Shown here: positions 22,563 through 34,500 of the stretch, piece after piece | Layout: each line of letters opens with the position of its first letter | How positions within the stretch are numbered: the first letter of the stretch is position 1 | Assembly (NCBI GenBank): GCA_043228905.1 | Contig: JBHGNT010000016.1 | Location: 5,084,001-5,148,000, forward strand | DNA: 64,000 nucleotides | Direction of reading: 5' to 3' | Source: Azolla caroliniana | Lineage: Eukaryota > Plantae > Polypodiophyta | Notes under the pieces: model-generated | What the model saw: the letters and a program-made list of their open reading frames with translations, nothing else | Told to the model about the DNA's origin: nothing | Databases searched by the model: none | Position numbers and translations under genes: made by a program

Positions 22563-22634
22563 GGATCTGTGGCGCAATGGTAGCGCATTAAACTCCAAAT
22601 CAGAAGGTTGAGTGTTTGATACACGTTGGGTTCA
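22563..22634 (+). pseudogene. tRNA-Trp degenerate copy
   Basis: 72 nt alignable. Confidence 0.65.
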
Positions 22635-22873
22635 TTTAGGAAGGTCGACCACAATATGAGTGATATCCGTCAGCCTGCTTGGGCTAAATTGTATTGCAGA
22701 TCAGAAGGTTACATGTTCGATTCACGTTGGGTTCATTTCAAGAAGGTCGACCACAATTATGGTGTTGTCCGTCGGCCTCATTTGGCCATAATGGCCATAA
22801 CAATATGTAGGATTTGTCGTGCAATAGTTAAGGCGTGTTTGATAGTGCAACTAGGTCATTTTTATAACATGTT

Positions 22874-22945
22874 AGATCCATTGGGCAATGGTAGTGCATT
22901 TGACTCCAGATCATAAAGTTGCGTGTTCGATTCACGTCGGGTTTA
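22874..22945 (+). pseudogene. tRNA-Trp(CCA) degenerate copy
   Basis: 72 nt, T arm intact. Confidence 0.68.
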
Positions 22946-23136
22946 TTTTAGGAAGGTCGACCACAAGGACAGTCTTATCGGTCAACCTCCTTGGCGTTGG
23001 GTTCCTTAGCTATTACATGGCGGATCCTACATATTGTATCCGTCAGCCTCCTTGGGCCATAATAATATGTAGGATCCGCCGTGTAATAGCTAAGGCGTTA
23101 GTTCGATAGTGTTATAGTTTATTTTTCGGCCACATA

Positions 23137-23208
23137 GGATTCGTGGCGCAATGGTAGCGCATCTAACTCCAGATTAGAAGGTTGCGTGTTTGATTCATGT
23201 CGAGCTCA
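23137..23208 (+). tRNA. tRNA-Trp(CCA) copy (probable pseudogene)
   Basis: 72 nt; anticodon stem still pairs (tctaa/ttaga); T-loop C>T. Confidence 0.7.
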
Positions 23209-23338
23209 TTTGAAGAAGGTCGACCACAATGACGTTCATATCCATCAGCCTCCTTGGGTCATACATAAGCAAAGTAGACGCACACAAATGTATATGTATA
23301 TATGTATGATTATGTTGTTTCACCTCATGCATCGACAA

Positions 23339-23860
23339 TTTTTTTATTTTTTATTTTTAATATATCCTATCATTAGTATAAACAATTTACAAGATTTTAA
23401 ACCTTTATGTGATTGGCGGGGAAAACAACCATTTTGGCGACTGAAAATGCCAATAAGGAGTGCCATAATTGGATGTCAAGAATGGAGTAGTTGTCCAGAT
23501 AATAAGAAACTCACTCTGTTGAGCAATTTTAGCTTCAGAATCTCCAACTATACCATCCAATTGACCCTTCAAAGTATGAACTATGTCTAACCAAATGTTC
23601 AAAACCACTTCAGTTGGTGGTGTTTTAAGTTGATGGAAAACGAGAGAACACATAGCCTTCCAAATGTGATATACAATGGTACTAGTCAATACCTCCCATA
23701 CTGACTGCTGGACTTCCTTCCTTACTCCTGAAAACTGTAATGACATCAGTGGTAATGTATGAACACTTCCATATTTAGTGTAGAATCCACGGTCCATAGA
23801 TTCATTGTCATAATGGAACACATCACGAACAAGTGATGTCCAAACCACCATGCCCCAAGT
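23339..23860 (-). mobile_element. 5'-truncated LINE (L1/Tx1-like) 3' end
   Basis: IVYHIWKAMCSLVF..WLDIVHTLKGQ resembles the ORF2 C-terminus of the LINE at 62 kb. A-rich tail appears as the T-run at 23339-23358. Confidence 0.75.
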
Positions 23861-24119
23861 GAAACCTCATGCATCAACAATTATATAGAAGTGTTTGAGG
23901 GGTTTCCAAGCTCAAACAAAATGGTTCAAGAGATTTACATACCATACGACCATTGAGAAACGTGTTCACGGTTTTGTTTTTGTTTTTGTAGTTCGATGCA
24001 AAGTTCAAACTAATTTTTTGTGTTAACTTTTGCACGATTCTTTCACAAAGGGTATTGGATCTCAAATGCTATAAGTAACTATGGCAACAAGTTATAGCTC
24101 CTAACGTTATAAAGCTAAT

Positions 24120-25166
24120 TCATAATGTAAGGCCGTCGAGGCATATTTGCACCATCTCATCATTGTCCACATTGACGCTTATCAAGTCAAGCGAGTCGCA
24201 AAGCTCCTTGATCTTCAAGGTGTAGCTCGTGATGGACATATCCCTTTGTTGGATGTTGTTCAACTCTTGGCGGAGTTGAAGCTTTCTCGCAGTTGTGTTG
24301 GCAACGAAAATCTTTCGTAGATTCTCCCACGCTTCCTTTGGCGTCTCGGCTTCTCGAATGTAGCCGAGCATTTGGTCATGAACACATGTCGCCAAACAAT
24401 ACATCACTCGGCTTGTCGCTTGCTCCCATGTTGCATAGTCGGCATCTTCCGGGTCGAGTCGGTTTTCTTGTGCTCCTTTGATGTAACCCCAATAGCCTTG
24501 GCCAACAAGGTATTGGTGCATCTTGTACTCCCAAGATGCAAAGTTGTTTCAATCTAGCTTCTCACTAGGGAGAGCGCTCCCAATTTGAGTATTCATTGTC
24601 GATGAAGCTTTCTTTCTTCTTTTCCTTCTCACTCAAACACGAACTATGTAGTCACACTACGATAGCGATGAACCTGTTCTTCTCGAACGTCGGCGTAGAG
24701 CACAACACATGCAGATGGGCTAGATCGAGCTACCAAACCGCTCTGATACCATGTAAAGAATCGGGTATGATTCTTGTGTAGCGGAAGAGATGTGTGTTAT
24801 GTGTATGTGTGAGAGGAATTACAAGAGAGAAGAGAGAACACAAGATAGATAGATAAAGGAATACTAATGAAGAAGGTGTATATTCATAAGTAGAATAGCA
24901 AATACAAAATGTAGCATTACAAGGAGTCACAACGGACTTAATATGAAGTAGGAGAAAGGTGTTTTATATATAGTCACCTTCTTTCTTCATTAACTAACTT
25001 CAACAACTACTCTCTCTTGGGGAATGTGAAGACTCATAGTCATTGGGAATATATACTACATAGTTAATGTGTAGAGAGTAGTGGTGTGACTCTTGACTTT
25101 TGAGTAATCATAGATTCTCAAAAGGTGTGTTCACACGTTGCACTATGTTGAGCTTGATTCTCAACA
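24120..25166 (-). mobile_element. Truncated Ty1/copia element: 5' LTR, PBS-Met and gag
   Basis: LTR 24752-25166 (TGTTGAG..TTTACA). PBS TGGTATCAGAGC at 24740-24751 (tRNA-iMet). Copia gag (QGYWGYIKG..PKEAWENLRKIF..SITSYTLKIKEL). Confidence 0.88.
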
Positions 25167-25749
25167 AAAATAAATAAAAAATGTCACAACTTTAAACCCT
25201 TGCATTGTTTATGTTGTAGTTTAATGTCGTTTTAACCACAAACCATTAAGTCAATAAAGGCTCAAATCTAACCAAACCCAAGCCTTGAACCGCCAAGCCA
25301 AACCAAACCCAAACGAAAACGTTTACAAATTTCAAAAACTAAATCAAACCAAACCAAACTATTGAGACCACATTTTCCGTGGTTTGGTTCAGGTCAAACC
25401 AAACCTTGGATGATTGTTACCTTGTATATGTGTATTTTGATGAAAATAGCTATAGCTCATTGTTAAAAAGTCACAATAATACCATAGTAATAAACATCTA
25501 AGAAGTTACATGAACCCATGGGTATAACAATGTTGATATTTTCCCCTATAATAAAGAAGTAAAAAAAGCACCAACATAACTCAATGACGTTGTGTATTCA
25601 CAAGGATACCATCAATTTGTAGCAAAACTTGGTGTGGAATTTGTTGTTTTGCGTCCCACCCTCCCTCTCGTAGGAACATTTCATTTTGGGAAGGAAGTTG
25701 GCGCCGCCTGATATGTGTAGAAGGAAACCCTAAAGCACATTTGGTTCCT

Positions 25750-26242
25750 TACATACATACATACATATACACATTATACATAAATAAAGGCATACACATA
25801 TCATACATACAGATACGCATTATACATACATTCAGGCATTCACATACGCATATGCATATGCATATCATACATACATACATACACACACACACACATACAT
25901 ACATACATACATACATATACACATTATACATAAATAAAGGCATACGCATATCATACATACAGATACACATTATACATACATATAGGCATTCACATTCGCA
26001 TATGCATATGCATATCATACATACATACATACATATACACATTATACATACATACATTAATGCATACATACATACATACATACATACACGTACACATTAT
26101 ACATACATACATCGATACATACATACATACATACATACATATACACATTATACATACATACATTACATACATACATACATACATACATGATACATGCATA
26201 CATCCATACATTAATGCACGCATACATACATACATACATACA

Positions 26243-26278
<36 letters not shown>

Positions 26279-26350
26279 TATACATACATACATAATTACA
26301 TCCATACATTAATGCATGCATACATACATACATGCATAAAATATACATAT
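25750..26350. repeat. (TACA)n-rich low-complexity tract with a 150-bp tandem duplication
   Basis: acattatacataaataaaggcatac recurs at 25771 and 25921. Confidence 0.9.
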
Positions 26351-26495
26351 GTATGCGTGTGTGGAAATGCGAGGGAACCCTAAAGCTCTCTGACTCAGGT
26401 GAGCAGGTATACCACAGAAGAAGCAGAGACAGAGACAGAGAGACGAGAAGCAGAGACAATCAGAGGCGTGTGAAGGAGAGAGAGGAGGAGGAGGG

Positions 26496-27290
26496 ATGTC
26501 TGCCCCCGATCAGACCCGAGAGCCATGCCCTGATCGCATCCTGGACGACATCGGCGGAGCTTTTGGGATGGGCGCGGTGGGCGGCTCCGCCTTCCATTTC
26601 GTGAAGGGCATGAAGAACTCGCCGAACGGAGAGCGACTGTTGGGCGGTGCGCAGGCCATCCGTATGAACGCGCCCCGGATCGGCGGCAGCTTTGCTGTGT
26701 GGGGCGGCCTCTTCTCCGTCTTCGATTGCTCCATGGTCTACGTCCGTCAGAAGGAGGACCCCTGGAACTCTATCTTTGCTGGGGCGGCCACAGGCGGCTT
26801 CTTACAGATGAGGCATGGTGCCCGGGCGGCTTCCCGATCGGCCCTTTTCGGTGGGGTCCTTCTCGCCCTCATCGAAGGCGCGGGTCTTATGATCAATCGG
26901 GTCCTTGCCAACATGGCCCAATTGCCCCCTCCTCCTATTGAGCAGCCCATGGGTCTTCCAGCTGGCGTCTACTTGCCTGGGCAAATGCCCAATTCCCCCC
27001 TACCATCTGCCAATTCCACTCCTGCGGAGTCTGAATCGGGTTGGACCTCGTGGATGGGTGGCATATTTGGAAGCAAGAAAGATGAAGCCGCCGATTCTTC
27101 TTCTTCTTCTTCTTCTTCTTCAAGTGAAGTTTTATCTACTAGTTCTAGTTCGAATGATTCAGGTTGGGCTGCAATTGGTAAAGGCCTATTCGGCGGGAAG
27201 AAAGAAGAAGCACCGGCATCTAGTGGAGAGACTTTGGCATCCTTTGAGACTTCTTCTGGGCCTGCCATGCCCACCTTTGACTACAAGTGA
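26496..27290 (+). CDS. TIM17: Mitochondrial inner membrane translocase subunit TIM17 (TIM17-2-like, C-terminally extended), intronless
   Basis: REPCPDRILDDIGGAFGMGAVGGSAFHF..NAPRIGGSFAVWGGLFS..RQKEDPWNSI; ends PTFDYK. Confidence 0.97.
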   Translation: MSAPDQTREPCPDRILDDIGGAFGMGAVGGSAFHFVKGMKNSPNGERLLGGAQAIRMNAPRIGGSFAVWGGLFSVFDCSMVYVRQKEDPWNSIFAGAATGGFLQMRHGARAASRSALFGGVLLALIEGAGLMINRVLANMAQLPPPPIEQPMGLPAGVYLPGQMPNSPLPSANSTPAESESGWTSWMGGIFGSKKDEAADSSSSSSSSSSEVLSTSSSSNDSGWAAIGKGLFGGKKEEAPASSGETLASFETSSGPAMPTFDYK

Positions 27291-29697
27291 AAAGAGAGAG
27301 ACAATGAAAAAGGTTAGTTTTCGCGTCAAGAGAAAGATAACGTTTATGACAATGAGAATGGTTCATGAATAGAAGGTGAATTTGGGAGATACATTGTTTT
27401 GTCATCTGCCTTATCGATGGCCACCTGGGGTTGGTCACATGCATTTTGATTGCATCCCACTATGCGTTTACTAGATTGCATATATACATGTTGGTCTCAT
27501 CAACTGTGTTGCAAGTATTATGATTAGTTGAAAGGGCTTAACACAAACCTTGCTTACCTGGTTGGTACATACTAATGAAAATTTTTAATAGATTTTTGTT
27601 GTTTGCGTTTGTTAATTATTAACGAGACAGACATCTTAATCATTCAGTAATGGAAAAATAATTATGTAATATGGTTTGTTGGTTCTAGAATTTTAGATGT
27701 TAATCATTGATCTCTCCATGATTGCTGAGTAAATATCTTTGGAACTTGAAATTTTGTGATATGCATATTATTGACTTAATATAGTGATAGAATTAAGTGC
27801 ATACAAGATGGTTCCTTTGTTTGATGCTAGTTGAATGTTTGGTAGGTGCTTCCTAAGGGTTATTCGCAACTGATTGTCATTGCTTGCATATTTCTGTAGA
27901 CATATTTGTTTTTTGGTGAAATGAAGAAATCGAGAGCTGAACTTTGAACTTTGGATCCTATGGAAAAGTCTATCAACGTTTGTTGAGCTATACTATCCAG
28001 AGAATGAAGAATAATCAAATTAAATAATATCATCGATGCATGTTATTATATAGTGAAACAACTTGCACATTTTGGTGATGAATGTGTATATTTTGAGTTG
28101 CATTTAGAAGAAAAACTTATGCATATAACATCCTTAATAGTTTATAAAGACTAAAGATATACAAAACTAAAGACTATAGTCTGCTTTTTGGTCTGAGGTG
28201 GGCTTTTAATCTCATGATAATTAAAATTTAACTGAAATTTAATATATTTGTATGATATTATGACGACATTTTCTTTCTTACTATCTGATCATATCTGAAA
28301 GGTTAACTCCTAAATCTCACATTAGCAGCTTGTTTCTGCTAACTCAGTTCTTAACTAGAAAGTCTCATAATTGGGAGAATTCAAAGCATTGTATGTTTCA
28401 ATTTTCATGTCTGGTTTGAAGTTTAATGGGCTAATTGAGCTTTAAATTAGGATTTAAATTTGTTGAGATGATTGAATGAATATGCTAACACTAATTATTA
28501 TTTTATGTTAATTAAGTGTATGATATAAATTATCTTTTTTGTATTAGTGGCATATGCTTAGTCTGAATTACCATCTGGTTCTAAGTCTTCGCAACATAGT
28601 CAATTGTGGAAATCTAGTAAGTGAAACCTTCATATTTACGTTCACAACTCAAGGATATTATGGGAACTTTTACTTTGTAGATGATGCCAAATGTTTGTCT
28701 TGGTATGATGTTAGATGATTCATTATTCAAATATTCAAACACACATTAATTAAATGTTTTGGCTTAGTTATGATAATGATGTTGTTTAGACAATGATGAA
28801 GTATCTTTCTTCACAGAAAAGCATAAAATGCCCTAAGGAGGATGTAGGCTTGTTGACAGCAATCCATCCATATTATGTGAACATATAAGCAACCTCAATC
28901 TAGCCAATGCCTCATGTGCTACAGCCTACGTGTAGGCCTAAATTGCTAGAGATTGCTCTATTACTATCACTAATAAATAATGCAGAAAACGTGTTTGGGT
29001 TCAATCCAGACTTTCCTTCAAATAGTTGATAAAGCGTTGAAAAATATCAACATTTTCACTCACCAATTAAAATGTGTTGCCATAAAGGAAGATCACACCT
29101 ACAAGGCTACAACCATTAGGCTTGGCATAAATGTTGAAATTGTCCACTTATGAATCACATGCTCTCACATCGGCCACTTATCAATCATCATCATATGCTC
29201 CGAAATCGTCCACTTATGAATCTAATGCAAGTGCTTTGGTTTAGGTTGCCATTGTGAGAAATGCTAGAAGCACTAAAGATACCTAGGAACCCAAATAGGC
29301 TGTCCCTTTTATCCAATGCATTAAGCTCTAATTCCCTTGCAAGGTTAAATGTAGGACTACCTATCCATCCATGAGAAGGGGGTTCACGCTCCTCTAAGCA
29401 CAATCTAAACATGAATTTGTGCCTTTCCAGAGTAGTACAATAACCAACTGTGAGGATCATGCTGTTGTTGGATGGAAAATTCAATCACAATACATTTTGG
29501 TAATGACCTATCGATGAGATGCAAACTTTTGGCTAAGTAACATTCTTTTAAAGAGACAGCATACACCTCATCATTAATAAACAAATGGAACAGTCGGATT
29601 TCCGTGTTTACAATTATACATACGTATACATAGGTTAGCTATTCCAAACAAACATCTACATGTGTCCCCATTGAGGTAAAACACCAACTAAACATAA

Positions 29698-31409
29698 TTA
29701 ACTCCAACCTTTGTTTCTTCTAATCCTTCCTTGTTGGGCCTCTAATTTAGCTTGTAAAAGCTTTGTTTTTAAGCTATTATCTCTACTATGGGATCCTTGA
29801 ATCTCTTTCAAAGCATTGTTGCTTCTTTGAGGAGAGCTCATACCATTAGGTGATGGCATCCTGTGTATTTTTCCTTCTCTCCAAGCATCCGCTGTTTCAA
29901 ACATCTTCTGCTCTTCCACGGCCTCCTCCCGATTTCTGGCACACTGCCTCTTAAGCTCATCAACCTTTGCCTTATCATCACCTATTTTTTTTGCCAATTC
30001 CTCACAAACATCTTCCATCAATTCCCTCGCTCTCCGTTCTCTTTCCAGGTCCTTTTGGACCTTCGTGAGGGATTTCTTGGTCTCGCCCATGTCCTTCAGA
30101 ATCTTCTTTTGATATGCCTCCAACTTGTGCCGAGACTTCCTCTCATTGTCTAGGTCTTCTTTGAGAGAGGCAATGGCCAACGAAACCGCTTCTTGTACTC
30201 GAATATGAGCCATCGATTTCTCTTCGGCGAGCTTCGACTTCGATTCAATGATGCGTTGTCGGTAGAGCTTCCGCTCGGCTCTAAGTCTATGTGCGTTTGC
30301 GCGAGACCTTTTCAAGTCCGAGCGTAGTGAGCAAACGACGCGCCGATGCTCTTCTTCCAGCAAGCACAGTTGATGAAGCACCCTTACCAGGTCTTCTTCG
30401 GATGTGGGCGATTCGCATTGGGTAAAAGGCCATGATTGCCGAGATTTCAGATGCTTCCTTGCATTGATCTGTTATATATACCCTACCATTTAGCAATCAA
30501 GGATTTTCCTCTGGACTTATATATATCATATGGGTAGATTAAGTGATCTCAAAGAAAGGAAAATTTTGAGTAGTTGCTCTTGTCCAAACAACATAACCTG
30601 TGATACATACGGACACATATGTATGTATATACATTCCCGTACATGCAAAAATGTACATACATTAATTAGCTTACATGCAAAGGTACATATGTACATACAT
30701 TAATTAGCTGACATGAAAGGTACATATGTACATACATTACACAAAACCAAAAGGAGAAGCACTAGGGAATACATAGTAGCACATATGTATGTACACATAC
30801 ATACACATACACACCCCTATGAATGAGCCTACCTACATATATGCACGAGCCTTACATACATTATACAGAAAGAGAAAGAAGAAAGAAGAGTACCTTGCAC
30901 ATTATAGGATGACATGCAGAAGAAGAAGAAGAAGCTTTCATGGAGGTTTTTGTGTTGGGAGGAGAAGATGAAGGGGCCAAACATTGTTGATGTGGCGGTG
31001 GTGGTAGGGGTTGCGGCTGCCTTCCATAGTATGAGCCACTCAATTTCCAAAGGGCAGCACCAAGCTTTCGAGCAGAGATAACATGCTGGCCATGGAGAGG
31101 CCCAACCGCTAGATGATGGGGGGGCCGATGATGAGGAACTTCAGATATAGGGGGTTTTTCCCTGGGAATTGACATCTTCCAATTCGGGCTTGGGGTACGC
31201 GAAAATTGACCACAATTCCTGCAAACACCAGAGAAGACATGGGAGTGTCTGAGTAGAGAAACATGGTCCCCTTTCACCTCTTCTTCTTCTTCTTCTTCTT
31301 CTTCTTCTTCTTGTTGATCTTCTTGTTGATCTTCTTCCCTTTGGTCTTCTCCCTCCTTATCATGTTTTTGTTCTTGTTTATGATCTTCTTGTTCTTCTTC
31401 AGTGGGCAT
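29698..31409 (-). CDS. Coiled-coil protein of the BRANCHLESS TRICHOME/At5g41620-like family; exons 31409-30894 and 30468-29698 (~428 aa)
   Basis: ISARKLGAALWKL; SEEDLVRVLHQLCLLEEEH; ERERRARELMEDVCEELAKKIGDDKA; SLKTKLLQAKLE. Phase-0 GT..AG intron. Confidence 0.8.
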
Positions 31410-31512
31410 GGTGAAGTCAGGATTAATGGAGGAGTGTTTTGAGAACACAGAGTTGTGGGGTGTTACTCTGAGATAAGAAGTGAAAGGAAGGTGTAAAAGA
31501 CAGGCTTTATAC

Positions 31513-31531
31513 ATGTATATGTGTATGTATG

Positions 31532-31566
<35 letters not shown>
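31513..31566. repeat. (TATG)n/(TA)n microsatellite
   Basis: Seen directly. Confidence 0.85.
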
Positions 31567-31568
<2 letters not shown>

Positions 31569-34500
31569 CTTTAAGGTATAATTATTAGATCTCTATCTTT
31601 TTTTCTCCATAGTTGCTTCAGCTCCTTCTTTTTCTTCATATTTGAATAGATTGCTAACAACCCATGTGACAGATGGATAGGTCATATAGTATAAAAATAT
31701 ATGGGTCTGCTTTAAAGAGAGAGAAACAGAGAGCTCTTTCATAATCCAAAGAAGTGTGTAAAAAAAGTCTGCTTTTATTGAATTTTTACTATTACAATTT
31801 ACCATGGCCAACACCCAATCCATGGAATTCAGCATATTCCCGCCCAATTAGCACGAGCCGCCGGTCGGCATCATCTGCAATAAAATGAGCTCGAAGCTAC
31901 GAGGGTTGATCGTACTGCCACTATATAAATGATCATGATCAAGAAGATGATGGTGGATCATATGTTCATGGTATTGGTTAAGGCACAAATCGTGGAAACA
32001 CCCTTGCCCAATCATGACAATGTCTACATTATAGTTGTGGTAATGCATTAAATACTAGATGAATAAGTTTTACAGTCTATCTATATCCAGATTTGCTTAC
32101 TACATTTTTTTTATTCAAACTGTAAAATCTTATTGCCAATGACAAGGCACAGCATTTTGCGTTATTTTGACCATTATTGTTGAAATGGATGGAGGTTTTA
32201 TGCTACTTGATCCAATGAAAAACTCTTCTTATTTCCCTCATCTAGAGCAAATCCACCATGAGTATCATTAGAAAGAATAAACGTGATAAATTTATTCAAA
32301 TATGGAAAGAAGTGATAAATTTATTCAAATATGGAAAGAAGCGTGCTACCCAAAAAAATTGAACTCCAACCAATTTCTTAAAACGTGCTACCTTCATATT
32401 CATTGAATGATATTTCCTTGGCATCATCGTGGCAAAGTCCAAGTAGGGTCACCGTCACAAAAGTTCCAATTTAATGTTCCATTAGAGTGCTAAGTTTTGG
32501 TTGTTTGTGCAAGTGTTTTGGGCTTATGCTCTCTGGTGGTTCCATGTATCCCTTGCATCATAGTCCCATGATAATGCGAGTGTTTAGGGTTTCCAATTGC
32601 ACCCCTCACAAGTTGTCTTCTTGCCAAAGTACAAACATTATATATTTAGGGCAAGTTGCTTGTCCAATCACTCACAAAGTTATGATAGAAGCAACAACAC
32701 GTGGCTATCACAACACATACATCCATGCCTCCTAAAAGCAAAGACACATGTCTATTGCACACCCACATCCATGCCTCCTAAAGGACCATAAGTTGTCGAT
32801 GGATGTTATTATATATCTAAGTACAAAGAAACATCATGGGCTTAATAAATATAAATGATTGGACGAATGTATCTCACAATATATATCTTATTTCTAGCGA
32901 ATATTACTCGTACGAGAAATAGCCAAAACTTTCCAAAACCCTTGAACAATAGCCAACTATTTGGCAACAAATAGCCCTACTTCTTAACTATGCATTCACA
33001 CATTCTTTCATACATTTAAATGTAGTAAACTTCATGGTTTCTAGAATCGCCATTGCCTGTGCTCCTTCCCAAAGAAAAATAGGAATATTTTGGACATACT
33101 TCATATCATCATTTTAGATACATATATAACCAAGAATAACATTTCTCTTCAAGGAATTGAAATGTACGTTTCAGATGCGATGTTTTAGAATCAATTGAAA
33201 CATATTGTTCGGAAAATATGCAACTAATATGCACGTGTACGACTTCTATATAATGTTTTAGATTAAAATAAAACATATTGTTGGAAAATATGCAGCTAAT
33301 ATACAATTGTACGACACCTAGAAAAATTTGGATACACATTGTGTCAATGTTGAGGATACATGATGGATTGATTGGATAGTAAAGCATGAATATGCTATGT
33401 AGTGTAGTTTAAAAAAGGAACATTGTTGAGAACAACATGATATAAATCTTTATGGAAATGAAACAAGATTGACCTTTATCTTTGTTGGTCACATGAAAGC
33501 CTAGAAAAATGACACAAAGGTTTTGGAATCATCTAAATTATTGTTTACTAATGGTGTATTTCTATGTTTGCATTGGTGCTACTTTCACAAATGGAGTTTA
33601 CAAACCATATTAGCTAGTATTGCAAGTCGTTGGGCACTTAGTGCTCACCTTACCTTTGTTTGTTGGATGCGAAACCATACTCACAAATAAGATACTTTTT
33701 GTTTGTGAATCTAGCTAATAACATTGTGGTGGAAAGCATAGATAGTTAAATTGTTCAAGTGTCATTATGTATTTTAAAAACATGTCTAAATTTATTTTGC
33801 TTGAACCCGAGTTACACAATTATATGTAGTTTCATATTGAATCATCGGGAGGAAGACTTTATTGTTAGTAGTAAGCTTTAGTTTTCCTATGTAGTATTAA
33901 TCAATCCCCCAATCTAAACTAATCCATTGAGTGGAGACCCATGTGACAACTACATGAGAAGGCCTCGACTAATATATTTTCATAAAATAAACAAATTGGA
34001 GCAGTTACATGCATTACTGTCAAGTTTATACTTCAAGATGGCTAGCAATTTTTTGAGGTAATTGTAAATTAATGTTAGCTTAACAATAATGGACATAGGA
34101 AAGTAGTCAAAGACATGTTATGTGTGTGAAGAATACTCGGAAAACAAAATAAAAAAGTAAAAAACATCCTTTTTGTTAGCATCTGTCACTCATGTTCAAT
34201 TTGATATACAACCTAGGTGTATTATGAAATAGTAGCTTAAAGTCTGGAAAATACCGCAACAAAGTCGGCAAGCATCACGTATATTTCTACAAAACTATGG
34301 TAATATATTTTGTAAGATATAATTGAAGAGACATATTCTAGTACAGTATTGATGTCGTATCAATCCTAGATTGTCAATGTGGCAGAGTCGGGCAGACTAT
34401 AAAATTTCAATTGTTGATGCGAAACTCCACAAGCTAGATTCTATTTGTTTGCTAAGTTTTTAGCTAGAGAAAATAGATGACCTAGGTCCTCAACTAAATG

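Larger units (their letters stand above)
20902..23263 (+). repeat. tRNA-Trp tandem array, right segment (~13 further units)
   Basis: Unit starts: 21072, 21262, 21397, 21586, 21778, ~21930, ~22083 (fragment), 22217, 22409, 22563, ~22697 (fragment), 22874, 23137. Confidence 0.95.

Noticed and set aside
1725-23263. Regular repeat-spacer pattern as a CRISPR-like array
   Set aside because: The spacers are homologous to each other, the repeat is a tRNA, the context is eukaryotic and there are no cas genes.
1725-23263. tRNA-Trp units as plastid or mitochondrial insertions
   Set aside because: The sequence matches the cytosolic plant tRNA-Trp type, and there are no organellar flanks.
25741-26459. 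HTYI/MYVC-repeat ORFs
   Set aside because: Translations of the TACA microsatellite.
30382-30390. Apparent splice donor CTG|GTAAGG in the coiled-coil gene
   Set aside because: The frame reads through and gives the conserved EDLVRVLHQL motif.
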